Shown piece by piece: positions 1 to 9,831 of a DNA stretch of 64,000 bases (positions are counted from its first letter, which is position 1; every line of letters begins with the position of its first letter). The notes under the pieces are model-generated. The model made no database searches. It saw nothing but the letters and a program-made list of their open reading frames with translations, and was not told the DNA's origin. The stretch lies in the NCBI GenBank assembly GCA_003141715.1, contig PLNF01000140.1, positions 27,427 to 91,426 on the forward strand, in the 5' to 3' direction. This stretch comes from Bacteroidales bacterium. Its GTDB lineage: Bacteria > Bacteroidota > Bacteroidia > Bacteroidales > VadinHA17. The position numbers and the translations under genes are program-made.

Positions 1-195
1 GCGACCTTTTCATTATGGGCAGCATGTTTTATTCTGACATATACATTCCCATTATTAAACCAGTTGTTAAAAGCATCAGGTACTTTCTGGCTGTATGGCT
101 GTATTTGTTTACTCGGATTCCTGTTTATTCTCAGAAGATTGCCTGAAACAAAAGGCAAGTCGCTTGAAGAGATTGAACATGAATTAATGAAATAA
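1..195 (+). CDS. C-terminal fragment of an MFS sugar-porter-type transporter (5' end lies outside the window)
   Basis: Frame 1 is open from base 1 to TAA at 193-195. The translation ...GTFWLYGCICLLGFLFILRRLPETKGKSLEEIEHELMK* shows a last TM helix followed by the PETKGxSLEEIE tail typical of sugar-porter MFS proteins. It is absent from the ORF track because it has no start codon. Confidence 0.6.
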   Translation, partial: ATFSLWAACFILTYTFPLLNQLLKASGTFWLYGCICLLGFLFILRRLPETKGKSLEEIEHELMK

Positions 196-196
196 T

Positions 197-236
197 GGCA
201 CAACGGCGCAACGGTACAATGGCACAATGGCATCCT
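197..236. repeat. Degenerate 8-bp tandem array, 5 units (GGCACAAC GGCGCAAC GGTACAAT GGCACAAT GGCATCCT)
   Basis: Read directly from the sequence. The period is exactly 8 bp, so it cannot keep a reading frame. It starts 2 nt after the transporter stop codon. Confidence 0.8.
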
Positions 237-266
237 ATAAAAAGATTCAAATGAATTTCTTTTTTT

Positions 267-298
267 GCCTTTTAGCCTTTACGCCCTTGAGCCTTTTA
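267..298. repeat. Degenerate 8-bp tandem array, 4 units (GCCTTTTA GCCTTTAC GCCCTTGA GCCTTTTA)
   Basis: Read directly from the sequence. It ends 12 nt before ATG 311 and has the same unit type as 53867-53914. Confidence 0.8.
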
Positions 299-310
299 AT
301 TAAAAAGAAA

Positions 311-3160
311 ATGAAAAGATTATTGTTCTTATTACTTGTACTAACCGGGTGCATCAGAGCGAACATTGAAGTAAGGGAAAGATTATCACTTGCAGGTGAA
401 TGGCAATTCAGAATTGATTCTCTTGACCAGGGAATTGAAAATAAGTGGTATAATGATCTGGCGGTTGAAACAATCAAACTTCCCGGATCAATGGCAGAGA
501 ACGGGAAAGGCGATGAGATTACTTTCAAAACAGACTGGACAGGTGAAATAGTTGACAGGTCTTATTTTACCGATAAAAAATATGAAAAGTATCGTCAGCC
601 GGGAAATATAAAAATTCCTTTCTGGCTTAAACCGGTAAAGTATTATAAGGGAGTTGCCTGGTATCAGAAAGAGGTTGATCTTCCCTCCGGATGGAAAGGG
701 AAGAATATTATATTATTCCTTGAAAGACCTCATTGGGAGTCGACAGTATATGTCAATGGGAAAAAAGCAGGTGTGGAGAACAGCCTTGCTGTTGCTCATC
801 AGTTCGATATAACTGATCTTCTCATTCCGGGAAAAAACCTCATCAGTATTCATATCGATAACCGTGTGGTAATACCTGTTGGCATAAATTCTCATAGTAT
901 AAGCGACCATACTCAGTCGAACTGGAATGGGATAGTTGGAGATATAAGCCTGAGAGCTACATCAAAAGTATTTATCAGTGATATAAGTGTGTATCCTGAT
1001 GTTCTGGGGAAAAAGGCAAAAATAATTGTTGCATTGATCAACAAATCGGGATCTCCTTTTAAGGGAGAAATTGCCCTTCAGGCTGAAAGTTTTAATTCAG
1101 GCACCTCTCAAAAACTGAAAAGCAAAGTCGTATCAGCCAATACTGTTTTAAATGAGATTCATCTTATAATTGACTATCCGATGGGAGATAAGATTGCATT
1201 ATGGAGTGAGTTTACACCTTCATTATATAAATTGTCTGTTAATCTTAAAGGTCAAAAAGGTGAAGTGCTTGACTATAAGTCGGAGGATTTCGGTATGCGT
1301 GAGTTTAAAACTAAAGGAACACGTTTCGAGGTTAACGGCCAACAAATATTCTTAAGAGGTACACTTGAATGCTGTATTTTTCCACTGACTGGTTATCCGC
1401 CTACTGATGTTAAATCGTGGGTCAGAGTACTTCAGACATTTAAGGATTATGGATTGAATACTGTAAGGTTTCATTCCTGGTGCCCCCCAGAAGCTGCCTT
1501 CATTGCAGCTGATAAACTTGGAATATATTTTCAGATAGAATGTTCATCGTGGGCCAATTCCGGAACTTCAATCGGTGACGGTGGAATTATTGATGAATAT
1601 ATTTATAAGGAAGGTGATAAGATACTTAATGCTTATGGAAACCATCCGTCATTCTGCATGCTTGCATACGGAAATGAGCCTGCCGGTATAAATCAGAATG
1701 CTTACCTGGGGAAACTCCTGACATACTGGAAAGCTGAAGATAATCGCAGAGTATATACTTCAGGAGCCGGTTGGCCGGTTATCCCTGAAAACGACTATAA
1801 CCTTACCTCTGAACCCAGGATACAACGATGGGGCGAAGGGTTAAAAAGTATAATAAACAGGGAAGCACCACAAACAATGTTTGACTATCATGACATTATT
1901 TCCAAATACACCATTCCAACTGTCAGTCATGAGATAGGACAATGGTGCGTTTATCCCGATTTTAAAGAAATAGCAAAATATACCGGGGTACTCAAACCTA
2001 CAAATTTTGAGATCTTCAGGGAATCGCTTGCAGAAAATAACATGGGAGATCAGTCAGAAGATTTTCTGATGGCATCAGGAAAACTCCAGGCATTATGTTA
2101 TAAAGCAGATATTGAAGCTGCTCTGCGCACTCCCGGATTTGCGGGATTTCATTTGTTGCAGTTACATGATTTCCCCGGACAGGGAACAGCCCTGGTAGGT
2201 GTGCTTAATCCTTTCTTTGAATCTAAAGGATATATTACACCCGAAGAATTCAGGATGTTCTGCAATGAGACTGTCCCTCTTGCAAGAATGCAAAAAATGG
2301 TTTACAATAATAATGAGTCTTTTAAAGCAAATATTGAAATAGCACATTTTGGTGAAAAACCGATTGAAAAGGCTGAAATTATATGTCAGGTCACTAATGA
2401 AAAAGGTGATATCATCCGTAAGGAGATCTTTACGAAGGATAGAATAGAAATTGGAAATTGTTCAGAAATCGGGTTATATCAAATGGATCTTTCGGATTTG
2501 AAAAAAGCACAGAAACTGACTCTTGAAGTGCTTTTAGCCGGTACACCTTATAAAAACAGGTGGGATTTCTGGGTTTACCCTGCAGGACAGGAGATGAATA
2601 ACAGAAATGTTTTAGTTACAGATAAGCTTGATAAAAATGCTGAAGCAACACTGAAGAACGGAGGTTCAGTATTGTTACTTAATTATGGAAAAGTCGGAAA
2701 AGAGAAAGGATCACAGGTAGCAATCGGATTTTCAACTGTTTTCTGGAACACAGCCTGGACTAATAATCAACCACCACATACGCTTGGAATTCTTTGTGAT
2801 CCCAAGCACCCGGTTTTCAGTGACTTTCCTACAGAGTTTCACAGCAACTGGCAATGGTGGGACCCGGTTTCCCATTCGCAGGTAATGATACTCGATGGTT
2901 TCCCGGCAAATTTAAAACCATTAATTCAGCCAATCGACACCTGGTTTGAGAACCGGCGGCTTGCCCTGGCTTTTGAAGCAAAAACAAACGGTGGCAAACT
3001 GATTGTTTGCAGTATAGATATGAAGGACATTTCTGAAGAGAGGCTGGTATCAAAACAACTATTCATCTCTATTTTGAATTATATGAACAGTGAGGCATTT
3101 AACCCTCAGATTGAAGTTGATATCAGTAAAGTGAAAGAGTTGATGGCCATCTCGAAATAA
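311..3160 (+). CDS. Glycoside hydrolase, GH2-like (clan GH-A) lipoprotein with an N-terminal sugar-binding domain
   Basis: ORF 227-3160. I prefer ATG 311 because it gives a lipoprotein signal peptide (MKRLLFLLLVLTGC) and because 227-310 is occupied by 8-bp repeats. It has a GH2-type N-terminal jelly-roll (LSLAGEWQFRID...GVAWYQKEV) and a TIM-barrel region with YGNEPAG and SHEIGQW motifs. Confidence 0.7.
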   Translation: MKRLLFLLLVLTGCIRANIEVRERLSLAGEWQFRIDSLDQGIENKWYNDLAVETIKLPGSMAENGKGDEITFKTDWTGEIVDRSYFTDKKYEKYRQPGNIKIPFWLKPVKYYKGVAWYQKEVDLPSGWKGKNIILFLERPHWESTVYVNGKKAGVENSLAVAHQFDITDLLIPGKNLISIHIDNRVVIPVGINSHSISDHTQSNWNGIVGDISLRATSKVFISDISVYPDVLGKKAKIIVALINKSGSPFKGEIALQAESFNSGTSQKLKSKVVSANTVLNEIHLIIDYPMGDKIALWSEFTPSLYKLSVNLKGQKGEVLDYKSEDFGMREFKTKGTRFEVNGQQIFLRGTLECCIFPLTGYPPTDVKSWVRVLQTFKDYGLNTVRFHSWCPPEAAFIAADKLGIYFQIECSSWANSGTSIGDGGIIDEYIYKEGDKILNAYGNHPSFCMLAYGNEPAGINQNAYLGKLLTYWKAEDNRRVYTSGAGWPVIPENDYNLTSEPRIQRWGEGLKSIINREAPQTMFDYHDIISKYTIPTVSHEIGQWCVYPDFKEIAKYTGVLKPTNFEIFRESLAENNMGDQSEDFLMASGKLQALCYKADIEAALRTPGFAGFHLLQLHDFPGQGTALVGVLNPFFESKGYITPEEFRMFCNETVPLARMQKMVYNNNESFKANIEIAHFGEKPIEKAEIICQVTNEKGDIIRKEIFTKDRIEIGNCSEIGLYQMDLSDLKKAQKLTLEVLLAGTPYKNRWDFWVYPAGQEMNNRNVLVTDKLDKNAEATLKNGGSVLLLNYGKVGKEKGSQVAIGFSTVFWNTAWTNNQPPHTLGILCDPKHPVFSDFPTEFHSNWQWWDPVSHSQVMILDGFPANLKPLIQPIDTWFENRRLALAFEAKTNGGKLIVCSIDMKDISEERLVSKQLFISILNYMNSEAFNPQIEVDISKVKELMAISK

Positions 3161-3623
3161 AAATATTTGTACTATAAAATGAATCTAAACTTCTACCCGA
3201 CATATTTATTTCTTATAGTTGTCTCATGAAGGGGAGTAGTTAAGAGCTTATTAATTGGGAAATGATAAAGAAACGATATAATGAATTTTCTAAAATGACG
3301 GTTTAGTTTATACTCTGTTAATTCTATGTTAAAGTGGTGCTATGACAGAATGATTTAAAATATTCAAATGTCTAATAAAAAAACACGAAGCGATTAAACC
3401 CGGGTAACCAGTCAGGATCAAATTAAGGAAAGGGTAGGTTGACTCATATTAAAACTAATTAATCATAAAAACAGTTATTTATTAATTTTAAAATTATGCA
3501 GCCATGGAAAACTTAATGATTAGAACAAAAAAAAGAAGAGAGTTGAGGGGATACGACCGACAGGATAACCTGTAAGATGTATTTTTTTACCCATCAGATC
3601 ATTATCAAATAATTTATATAATT

Positions 3624-4469
3624 ATGAAAACAATTATTGTTCCCCTGGATTTTTCAAATGAGTCACTGGAAGGTTTGAATATGGCGTTGATGCTGGCTAA
3701 AAAAACCGGGGCAAATGTTCAAATGGTACATGTTATCGGGAAAAATATCGATAATAATGTTGAGCTTCTTGAAAAGGAAAATCAGCTGGCAAACAGGAAA
3801 TTTGAAGAAATCCTGAAAAAATGCAAAGAGGGGGGAAATATTAATTGTGCCTTGAATTACACAATTAAAGAAGGTAAGATATTCAGTGAAATAACAGACC
3901 TGGCAGATAAGTTTGAAGATTCTCTGATAGTGCTTTCCACTCATGGGGAGTCAGGCTTTGAAGAATTGTTCATTGGAGGTAATGCTTACAAAATAACCTC
4001 CCATTCCAAGAATCCTGTGATCACAGTCAGAAAAAGCAAAATATCATCAAATATTGATAAAATAGTTTTGCCCCTGGATATTACCCTGCAGACACGCGAA
4101 AAAGTTCCATATACCGTAAAGTTGGCAAAGCTGTTTAATTCTGAAATTCACCTGATTACAGTAAGAGCTTCGCATTTAAAAAGTATTGAAAAAAAGCTTT
4201 ATAAATATACCGAACAGGTGTGCTCTTATTTTGGGGATCACGACATTCCATATAAAGTTGAGCATCTTACGGGTGGCAATCTGACTGATATAATCCTCGA
4301 TTATTCAGTATCTGTAAATGCTGACCTTATTTCAATAATGACCGAGCAGGAGAGGAGTGTTTCCAATTTGCTTTTGGGCACATATGCTCACCAAATGATA
4401 AACAAGGCCTGTATCCCTGTTTTATCCTTTCCAACATATCATTTGGGTAATTACGCAGAGGATTTATGA
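3624..4469 (+). CDS. Universal stress protein, tandem UspA domains
   Basis: 281 aa with two Usp-like halves (MKTIIVPLDFS... and KIVLPLDIT...). Each half ends in a G-rich ATP-binding-like segment (STHGESGFEELFIGGNAYKI; LLLGTYAHQMI). Confidence 0.8.
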   Translation: MKTIIVPLDFSNESLEGLNMALMLAKKTGANVQMVHVIGKNIDNNVELLEKENQLANRKFEEILKKCKEGGNINCALNYTIKEGKIFSEITDLADKFEDSLIVLSTHGESGFEELFIGGNAYKITSHSKNPVITVRKSKISSNIDKIVLPLDITLQTREKVPYTVKLAKLFNSEIHLITVRASHLKSIEKKLYKYTEQVCSYFGDHDIPYKVEHLTGGNLTDIILDYSVSVNADLISIMTEQERSVSNLLLGTYAHQMINKACIPVLSFPTYHLGNYAEDL

Positions 4470-4571
4470 CCTTCAGAATTACTTATAACACTCCGGCACA
4501 AGTATCCTCATAAAAAATGATTAACCAATGCATTAAAAAGGATTAATCTCATTTGCAATAATAAGCACATT

Positions 4572-5345
4572 ATGAAAATGATAAACTTTCGGCCTTCATT
4601 TCTGCAAATCTTATATTTGATAATTTTTATTATCCTCTTTGCTTTTATAATATATACTCCGACTTTAATTAAAGGTCCGGTGACATTGACTCCGAAACTA
4701 ATTTTAGAAGAGGAAACTTTCGAAGGGTGCCTTATCTGTATTTTATTTATTATAAGTATTTTAATATTCAATTTATATAAAAGTGAAGTTAATAAGCAAA
4801 AGGAAGTGATTAATAAAATTAATGGTGAAAAGAAGAAAGTTGAGGAGAGGCTTAATGATTCAGAACGATATATTGGCATTATGAATGTTCAGATACAGGA
4901 AATTAAATCAATTTTTAATAGTATTAACGAATATCCTGAAACAAAAGATGGTTTGAAAAAAGCTTTTAATTTTTTTGGTGAGCGTGTAATAGGAATTGTA
5001 AATTCAGAATGGGTCTTATTTAGAATAATTGACAGCAATACTCAGAGAACTATTTGCGAGCACTTTGGAACGAGGAAAGGATTTTCATATAGTTATCCTC
5101 ATGTCAGCAATAAAATGATCATAGAAAAACAACCTATTTTACCCTTTACCTACGTTATTTCCAATCCGGCAAATTTAAATATCCTTGTCTCTTGCATTAT
5201 GCCCATTGATAAAATCAGCAATGATCAGCATGTATTTATTCAGGCTATAATAAATGAAATTACCAAGCTTTTTGTTATTTTAAACTCCGTGTATTACAAA
5301 AAAGAAAGTAAAATTTTTATTGAGGATAATCCTGATAGAGAATAA
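4572..5345 (+). CDS. Hypothetical membrane protein (two N-terminal TM helices, coiled-coil, uncharacterised C-terminal domain)
   Basis: 257-aa ORF. It has hydrophobic segments LQILYLIIFIILFAFIIY and CLICILFIISILIFNLY followed by a K/E-rich coiled segment. I recognise no family. It is preferred over the antisense ORF 4508-4879. Confidence 0.45.
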   Translation: MKMINFRPSFLQILYLIIFIILFAFIIYTPTLIKGPVTLTPKLILEEETFEGCLICILFIISILIFNLYKSEVNKQKEVINKINGEKKKVEERLNDSERYIGIMNVQIQEIKSIFNSINEYPETKDGLKKAFNFFGERVIGIVNSEWVLFRIIDSNTQRTICEHFGTRKGFSYSYPHVSNKMIIEKQPILPFTYVISNPANLNILVSCIMPIDKISNDQHVFIQAIINEITKLFVILNSVYYKKESKIFIEDNPDRE

Positions 5346-5471
5346 TTTTCATCCGATAAAAAAGACCTGCCCTTATATCGGCAATTATCTGATGCCGTAA
5401 TAACATCAAACCAAAATAATCTAATTTTCAACTTAAATTGATTAATTTTATGTATACAAAAAAAATGTGTT

Positions 5472-6632
5472 ATGATAGCTTATTTCAGCAAAAAAAACGG
5501 CATAGTAATATTGATTCCAGCTTTGCTTTTATTTTCCTGTGGTGAAAAGAAACCTGAAAAAGCAATTACTCCAAAAGATTATGCCAGCCTTACGCTTCAG
5601 CCACGTCCAGCCACAACATATAATGATTTTCCTGCCACAATACAGGGTGAGGAGGTTGTTGAAATAAGGCCGATGGTGGATGGTTATCTGGAAGCAATTT
5701 ATGTAAAGGAAGGCTCCACCGTTATAAAAGGTCAGTTGCTTTTCAAAATAAAAAACCCGCAATATGATCAGGCTGTAATTACTGCAAATGCAGCCATTCA
5801 AATTGCTATTGCCGATGTAAATGCCGCCAAAATGGAGGTAGAAAAAGTGCGACCACTGGTTGAGAAAGATATTGTAAGCAAATTTGAATTGGAATCTGCC
5901 CAATTTACCCTGCAATCAAAAGAAGCATCACTGGCCGAGGCCGATGCCACATTAGCCAATGCAAAAACCAACTTGAGCTATACCATATTACGCAGTCCCC
6001 AAAATGGGATCATCGGTTCCATCCCTTACAAAATTGGCGCATTGGTGAGTAGCACTACATCCAGTCCTCTTACTATTTTGTCTAATATAAGCAATGTTTA
6101 TGCTTATTTCTCATGGAATGAAAAACAGCTTCTTTCTTTTTCAGACAATGTTGCCGGTAATACGATGCAGGACAAACTTAATCATCTGCCACCTGTAACA
6201 TTGCTGTTAGCAGACGGAACAGAATATGCTGAGAAAGGGAAACTTGAAACGGCAAGCGGGCTTATAACCACAGAAACTGGCACTGCCAGTTTCAAAGCCA
6301 TTTTCCCCAATCCTTTTGGCATCATCCATAGTGGCGCCAGCGCCACCGTAAGGGTACCCAGTACGGTGGATTCAGCATTGCTTGTGCCACAAAGTGCCTC
6401 ATATGAGATACAGGACAAGCGCTTTGTTTATACCCTTACCACTAACAACAGGGTGCTGGGTACGGCTATTATTTCCAAACCCACTAATGACGGGCAGTTC
6501 CTGATAGTGCAGAAAGGTTTAAAGAAAGGCGACAGGGTATTGATAAACGGCTCCAACCTGAAAGACAGTACACTGGTCATGCCTAAAAATGTAAATGCGG
6601 ATAGCCTATATAATCAAATAAAAAAGAACTAA
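5472..6632 (+). CDS. RND efflux periplasmic adaptor (membrane fusion protein)
   Basis: Lipoprotein signal (LLLFSCG). Biotinyl-lipoyl/hairpin architecture with typical motifs (VEIRPMVDGYL, LSYTILRSPQNGIIG). It sits directly upstream of the RND permease. Confidence 0.9.
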   Translation: MIAYFSKKNGIVILIPALLLFSCGEKKPEKAITPKDYASLTLQPRPATTYNDFPATIQGEEVVEIRPMVDGYLEAIYVKEGSTVIKGQLLFKIKNPQYDQAVITANAAIQIAIADVNAAKMEVEKVRPLVEKDIVSKFELESAQFTLQSKEASLAEADATLANAKTNLSYTILRSPQNGIIGSIPYKIGALVSSTTSSPLTILSNISNVYAYFSWNEKQLLSFSDNVAGNTMQDKLNHLPPVTLLLADGTEYAEKGKLETASGLITTETGTASFKAIFPNPFGIIHSGASATVRVPSTVDSALLVPQSASYEIQDKRFVYTLTTNNRVLGTAIISKPTNDGQFLIVQKGLKKGDRVLINGSNLKDSTLVMPKNVNADSLYNQIKKN

Positions 6633-6646
6633 TCATAATTGGTTTT

Positions 6647-9600
6647 ATGCTTAAAAGATTTATAGAACGTCCTGTGCTGAGTACGGTTATCTCAGTGCTG
6701 ATAGTCTTATTGGGATTATTGGGTCTGATGAAATTACCCATTGCACAATATCCTGATATATCGCCGCCTACAGTGCAGGTATCTGCCAACTATGCCGGAG
6801 CAAATGCCGATGTGGTACTGAAGAGTGTGATTGTGCCATTAGAACAACAAATAAACGGAGTGCAAGGTATGACCTACATCACATCTTCTGCCACTAATAC
6901 CGGCTCTGCCTCCATAAGTGTATATTTTGCTGTTGGGACCGATCCCGACCAGGCGGCGGTGGATGTGCAGAACAGGGTGTCGTCGGCTATAAGTTTATTG
7001 CCCCAGGATGTAATTAATACGGGTGTTACCGTTAGAAAACAACAAAGCAGCAACCTCCTGATAATCTCGCTCTACAGTGATAACCCTGCCTTCGACCAGA
7101 AATTTTTACAGAATTATGCAGCCATAAATGTAATTCCCCAGCTTCAACGGGTAAATGGTGTTGGGGTAGCTTCGGTATTCGGTTCAGCCATGACATACTC
7201 TATGCGTATATGGTTGAAGCCTGATGCAATGTCAGTTTACGGTATCATGCCAGCCGATGTTTCCTCCGCATTGAACGAACAAAATCTGGATGCGGCCCCT
7301 GGAAAGTTTGGTGAGAATGATAATCAAAGTTTTCAATATGTGATTACTTATAAAGGAAGATTGCAGACGCCAGAAGAATTTGGTGATATTATCATTAAGT
7401 CGACATCGCAGGGGCAGTACCTACGGTTGAAGGATATTGCAAGGATAGAACTGGGGGCACAAACTTATACCGGTTCCACCGCCACCGATGGCAAACAATC
7501 TGTAGGTGTTTCGATCAGCCAGACACCAGGGAGCAATGCAAGGGATGTAGTCAATGCTTCCAAGACGGTAATAGAACAGGTGGCACAATCATTTCCGGCA
7601 GGTATTAAGTTTGTTTACCTGGTTGACATCAACCAGTTTCTGGATGCCTCTATTAACAAGGTAATTCATACTCTCATAGAATGCTTCTTATTAGTTTTTT
7701 TAGTCATATTTATTTTCTTGCAGGATTTTCGTTCCACTATAATTCATGGCATATCTGTACCAGTGGCTATTACCGGTACGTTTTTCTTTTTATATCTGTT
7801 CGGCTTTAGCGTCAATCTGCTTACATTGTTCGCTCTGGTACTGGCTATTGGTATTGTTGTGGATGATGCCATTGTAGTGGTAGAAGCCGTGCATGTCAAA
7901 CTGGAAAGCGGTTACAAGTCGTCACGCAAAGCTGCAATAGACGCTATGAGTGAGATTTCAGGAGCCATTGTATCCATCACTCTTATAATGGCAGCGGTTT
8001 TTGTACCAGTAACATTTGTAACGGGTTCTGCAGGTGTATTTTATAAACAGTTTGGTATTACACTGGCCATTGCCATAATGATTTCAGCGGTAAATGCTCT
8101 GACGCTTTGTCCTGCATTGGCAGCCATGTTTTTAAGACCACCAGATCATGGATCAGACCTTCAAAATAAAACAGTTTTGAAGCGTTTTCGTGTGGGCTTC
8201 AATGCGGCTTATCTTGCCCTCACGGCTAAATATGCCCAATCTGTACGTTTTTTGTCAGCAAAAAGATGGATTGTTATACTATCAATCGGCCTTTTTGGTG
8301 CCGGCTTCTATATACTGATGAAATCCACGCCATCCAGCTTTGTACCAAGTGAGGATATGGGAACTATTTTTATAAACATCAGTCTTCCGCCAGCCTCAAC
8401 AATGGAGCGGGTGCAGTTAGTGGCTATTGAGGTTGACAGTATTTCACGCAGCATACCACAGGTGGCAAATACAATGCGTACAATGGGGCAAAATTATATT
8501 GGCGGCAGCGGCAGCTCTTACGGCATGGTGATAATACGGCTAAAACCCTGGGACCAACGCAAAGGGATAAGTAACGACGATGTGATAAAAGAACTTACTA
8601 AAAAAACATCTCATATACGGGAAGCAGATATCCGTTTTATGTCGCAGCCTACTATTACCGGTTTTGGAACCAGTGGCGGCTTTACCTTTCAGTTACAGGA
8701 TAAAGGCGGGCATACTACAGCTGAGTTTTATAAGGTGGCACAAACATTTTTAACAACGTTGAATAAACGTCCTGAAGTTCAATATGCCACCACTTCTTTC
8801 AATCCTAATTTTCCGCAATATCTTTTGGATGTGAATGTGGCGAAGTGCAAAGACGCAGGTATAATGGTAACTGATGTACTCAATGCCATGCAGGTGTTTT
8901 ATGGCAGCTCGTATATCTCCAATTTCAATGAGTTTGGCCAGCAATACCGGGTGATCATACAGGCCGACACCAATTACAGGGCAAGCCCTGCAGGACTAAA
9001 CAAGATAGGCTTAAAAACAAAGACTGGCAATATGGCCCCTATTAATGAATTTTTAACACTTAAGAGGGTTTATGGCCCCGAAAGCGTTACCAGGTTCAAC
9101 CTTTTCACTTCAATGTCGGTAACGGGTTCTCCCAATGATGGTTACAGCACAGGACAATCATTAACAGCTATCCAGAAGGTTGCGACACAAACACTGCCGG
9201 CAGGTTATGGCTTTGAATATTCTGGTATAAGCAGGGAAGAACAAAACAGCGGTTCACAAACACTTTACATATTTATTTTATGTCTGGCGTTTGTCTACCT
9301 TTTGCTGAGCGCACAATATGAAAGTTATCTGTTACCATTTGCAGTGATCTTGTCATTACCTGTAGGTTTGTCCGGAGTATATGTGTTTGCAAAAATATTT
9401 GGCCTTGATAATAATATTTACGTTCAGATCTCGGTAATCATGCTTATTGGCTTGCTGGCGAAAAACGCTATTTTAATGATAACATTTGCTTTAGAAAGAA
9501 GACGAAAAGGCATGACTATTTTAGAGGCGGCTATTGATGGAGCAAAGGTCCGTCTTCGTCCTATTTTGATGACTTCATTCGCTTTTGTTTTCGGATTAAT

Positions 9601-9817
9601 GCCGCTGATGTTTTCCACAGGAGTAGGGGCCCATGGTAATAATTCGATTGGCACAGGTGCTATAGGAGGAATGCTTTTTGGAACATTATTGGGCGTTTTT
9701 GTAATACCTACATTATTCGTGATTTTCCAAACTATTCAGGAAAAGTTCAGTGGCAATGCAAATACGATTAAAGAACCGGAAGATGACAGTAAGATCATAT
9801 CAACAGAAAAGAGTTGA
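6647..9817 (+). CDS. RND multidrug efflux permease (AcrB/MexB family)
   Basis: 1056 aa with a 12-TM AcrB architecture. N-terminus MLKRFIERPVLSTVISVLIVLLG, and conserved GIVVDDAIVVVE and LAKNAILM motifs. Confidence 0.95.
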   Translation: MLKRFIERPVLSTVISVLIVLLGLLGLMKLPIAQYPDISPPTVQVSANYAGANADVVLKSVIVPLEQQINGVQGMTYITSSATNTGSASISVYFAVGTDPDQAAVDVQNRVSSAISLLPQDVINTGVTVRKQQSSNLLIISLYSDNPAFDQKFLQNYAAINVIPQLQRVNGVGVASVFGSAMTYSMRIWLKPDAMSVYGIMPADVSSALNEQNLDAAPGKFGENDNQSFQYVITYKGRLQTPEEFGDIIIKSTSQGQYLRLKDIARIELGAQTYTGSTATDGKQSVGVSISQTPGSNARDVVNASKTVIEQVAQSFPAGIKFVYLVDINQFLDASINKVIHTLIECFLLVFLVIFIFLQDFRSTIIHGISVPVAITGTFFFLYLFGFSVNLLTLFALVLAIGIVVDDAIVVVEAVHVKLESGYKSSRKAAIDAMSEISGAIVSITLIMAAVFVPVTFVTGSAGVFYKQFGITLAIAIMISAVNALTLCPALAAMFLRPPDHGSDLQNKTVLKRFRVGFNAAYLALTAKYAQSVRFLSAKRWIVILSIGLFGAGFYILMKSTPSSFVPSEDMGTIFINISLPPASTMERVQLVAIEVDSISRSIPQVANTMRTMGQNYIGGSGSSYGMVIIRLKPWDQRKGISNDDVIKELTKKTSHIREADIRFMSQPTITGFGTSGGFTFQLQDKGGHTTAEFYKVAQTFLTTLNKRPEVQYATTSFNPNFPQYLLDVNVAKCKDAGIMVTDVLNAMQVFYGSSYISNFNEFGQQYRVIIQADTNYRASPAGLNKIGLKTKTGNMAPINEFLTLKRVYGPESVTRFNLFTSMSVTGSPNDGYSTGQSLTAIQKVATQTLPAGYGFEYSGISREEQNSGSQTLYIFILCLAFVYLLLSAQYESYLLPFAVILSLPVGLSGVYVFAKIFGLDNNIYVQISVIMLIGLLAKNAILMITFALERRRKGMTILEAAIDGAKVRLRPILMTSFAFVFGLMPLMFSTGVGAHGNNSIGTGAIGGMLFGTLLGVFVIPTLFVIFQTIQEKFSGNANTIKEPEDDSKIISTEKS

Positions 9818-9831
9818 AGAAAATTAGTATA

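Noticed and set aside
196-236. Repeated TGGCAC motifs in the first 8-bp array as sigma-54 -24 elements
   Set aside because: No TTGC-type -12 element occurs at the required N5 spacing (TGGCAC-AACGG-CGCAA puts the GC one position off; TGGCAC-AATGG-CATCC has none). The motif is a by-product of the repeat unit.
4508-4879. 123-aa minus-strand ORF overlapping the start of 4572-5345
   Set aside because: It is shorter, extremely I/L/K/S-rich, and overlaps a longer plus-strand ORF that has a coherent TM plus coiled-coil plus globular layout.
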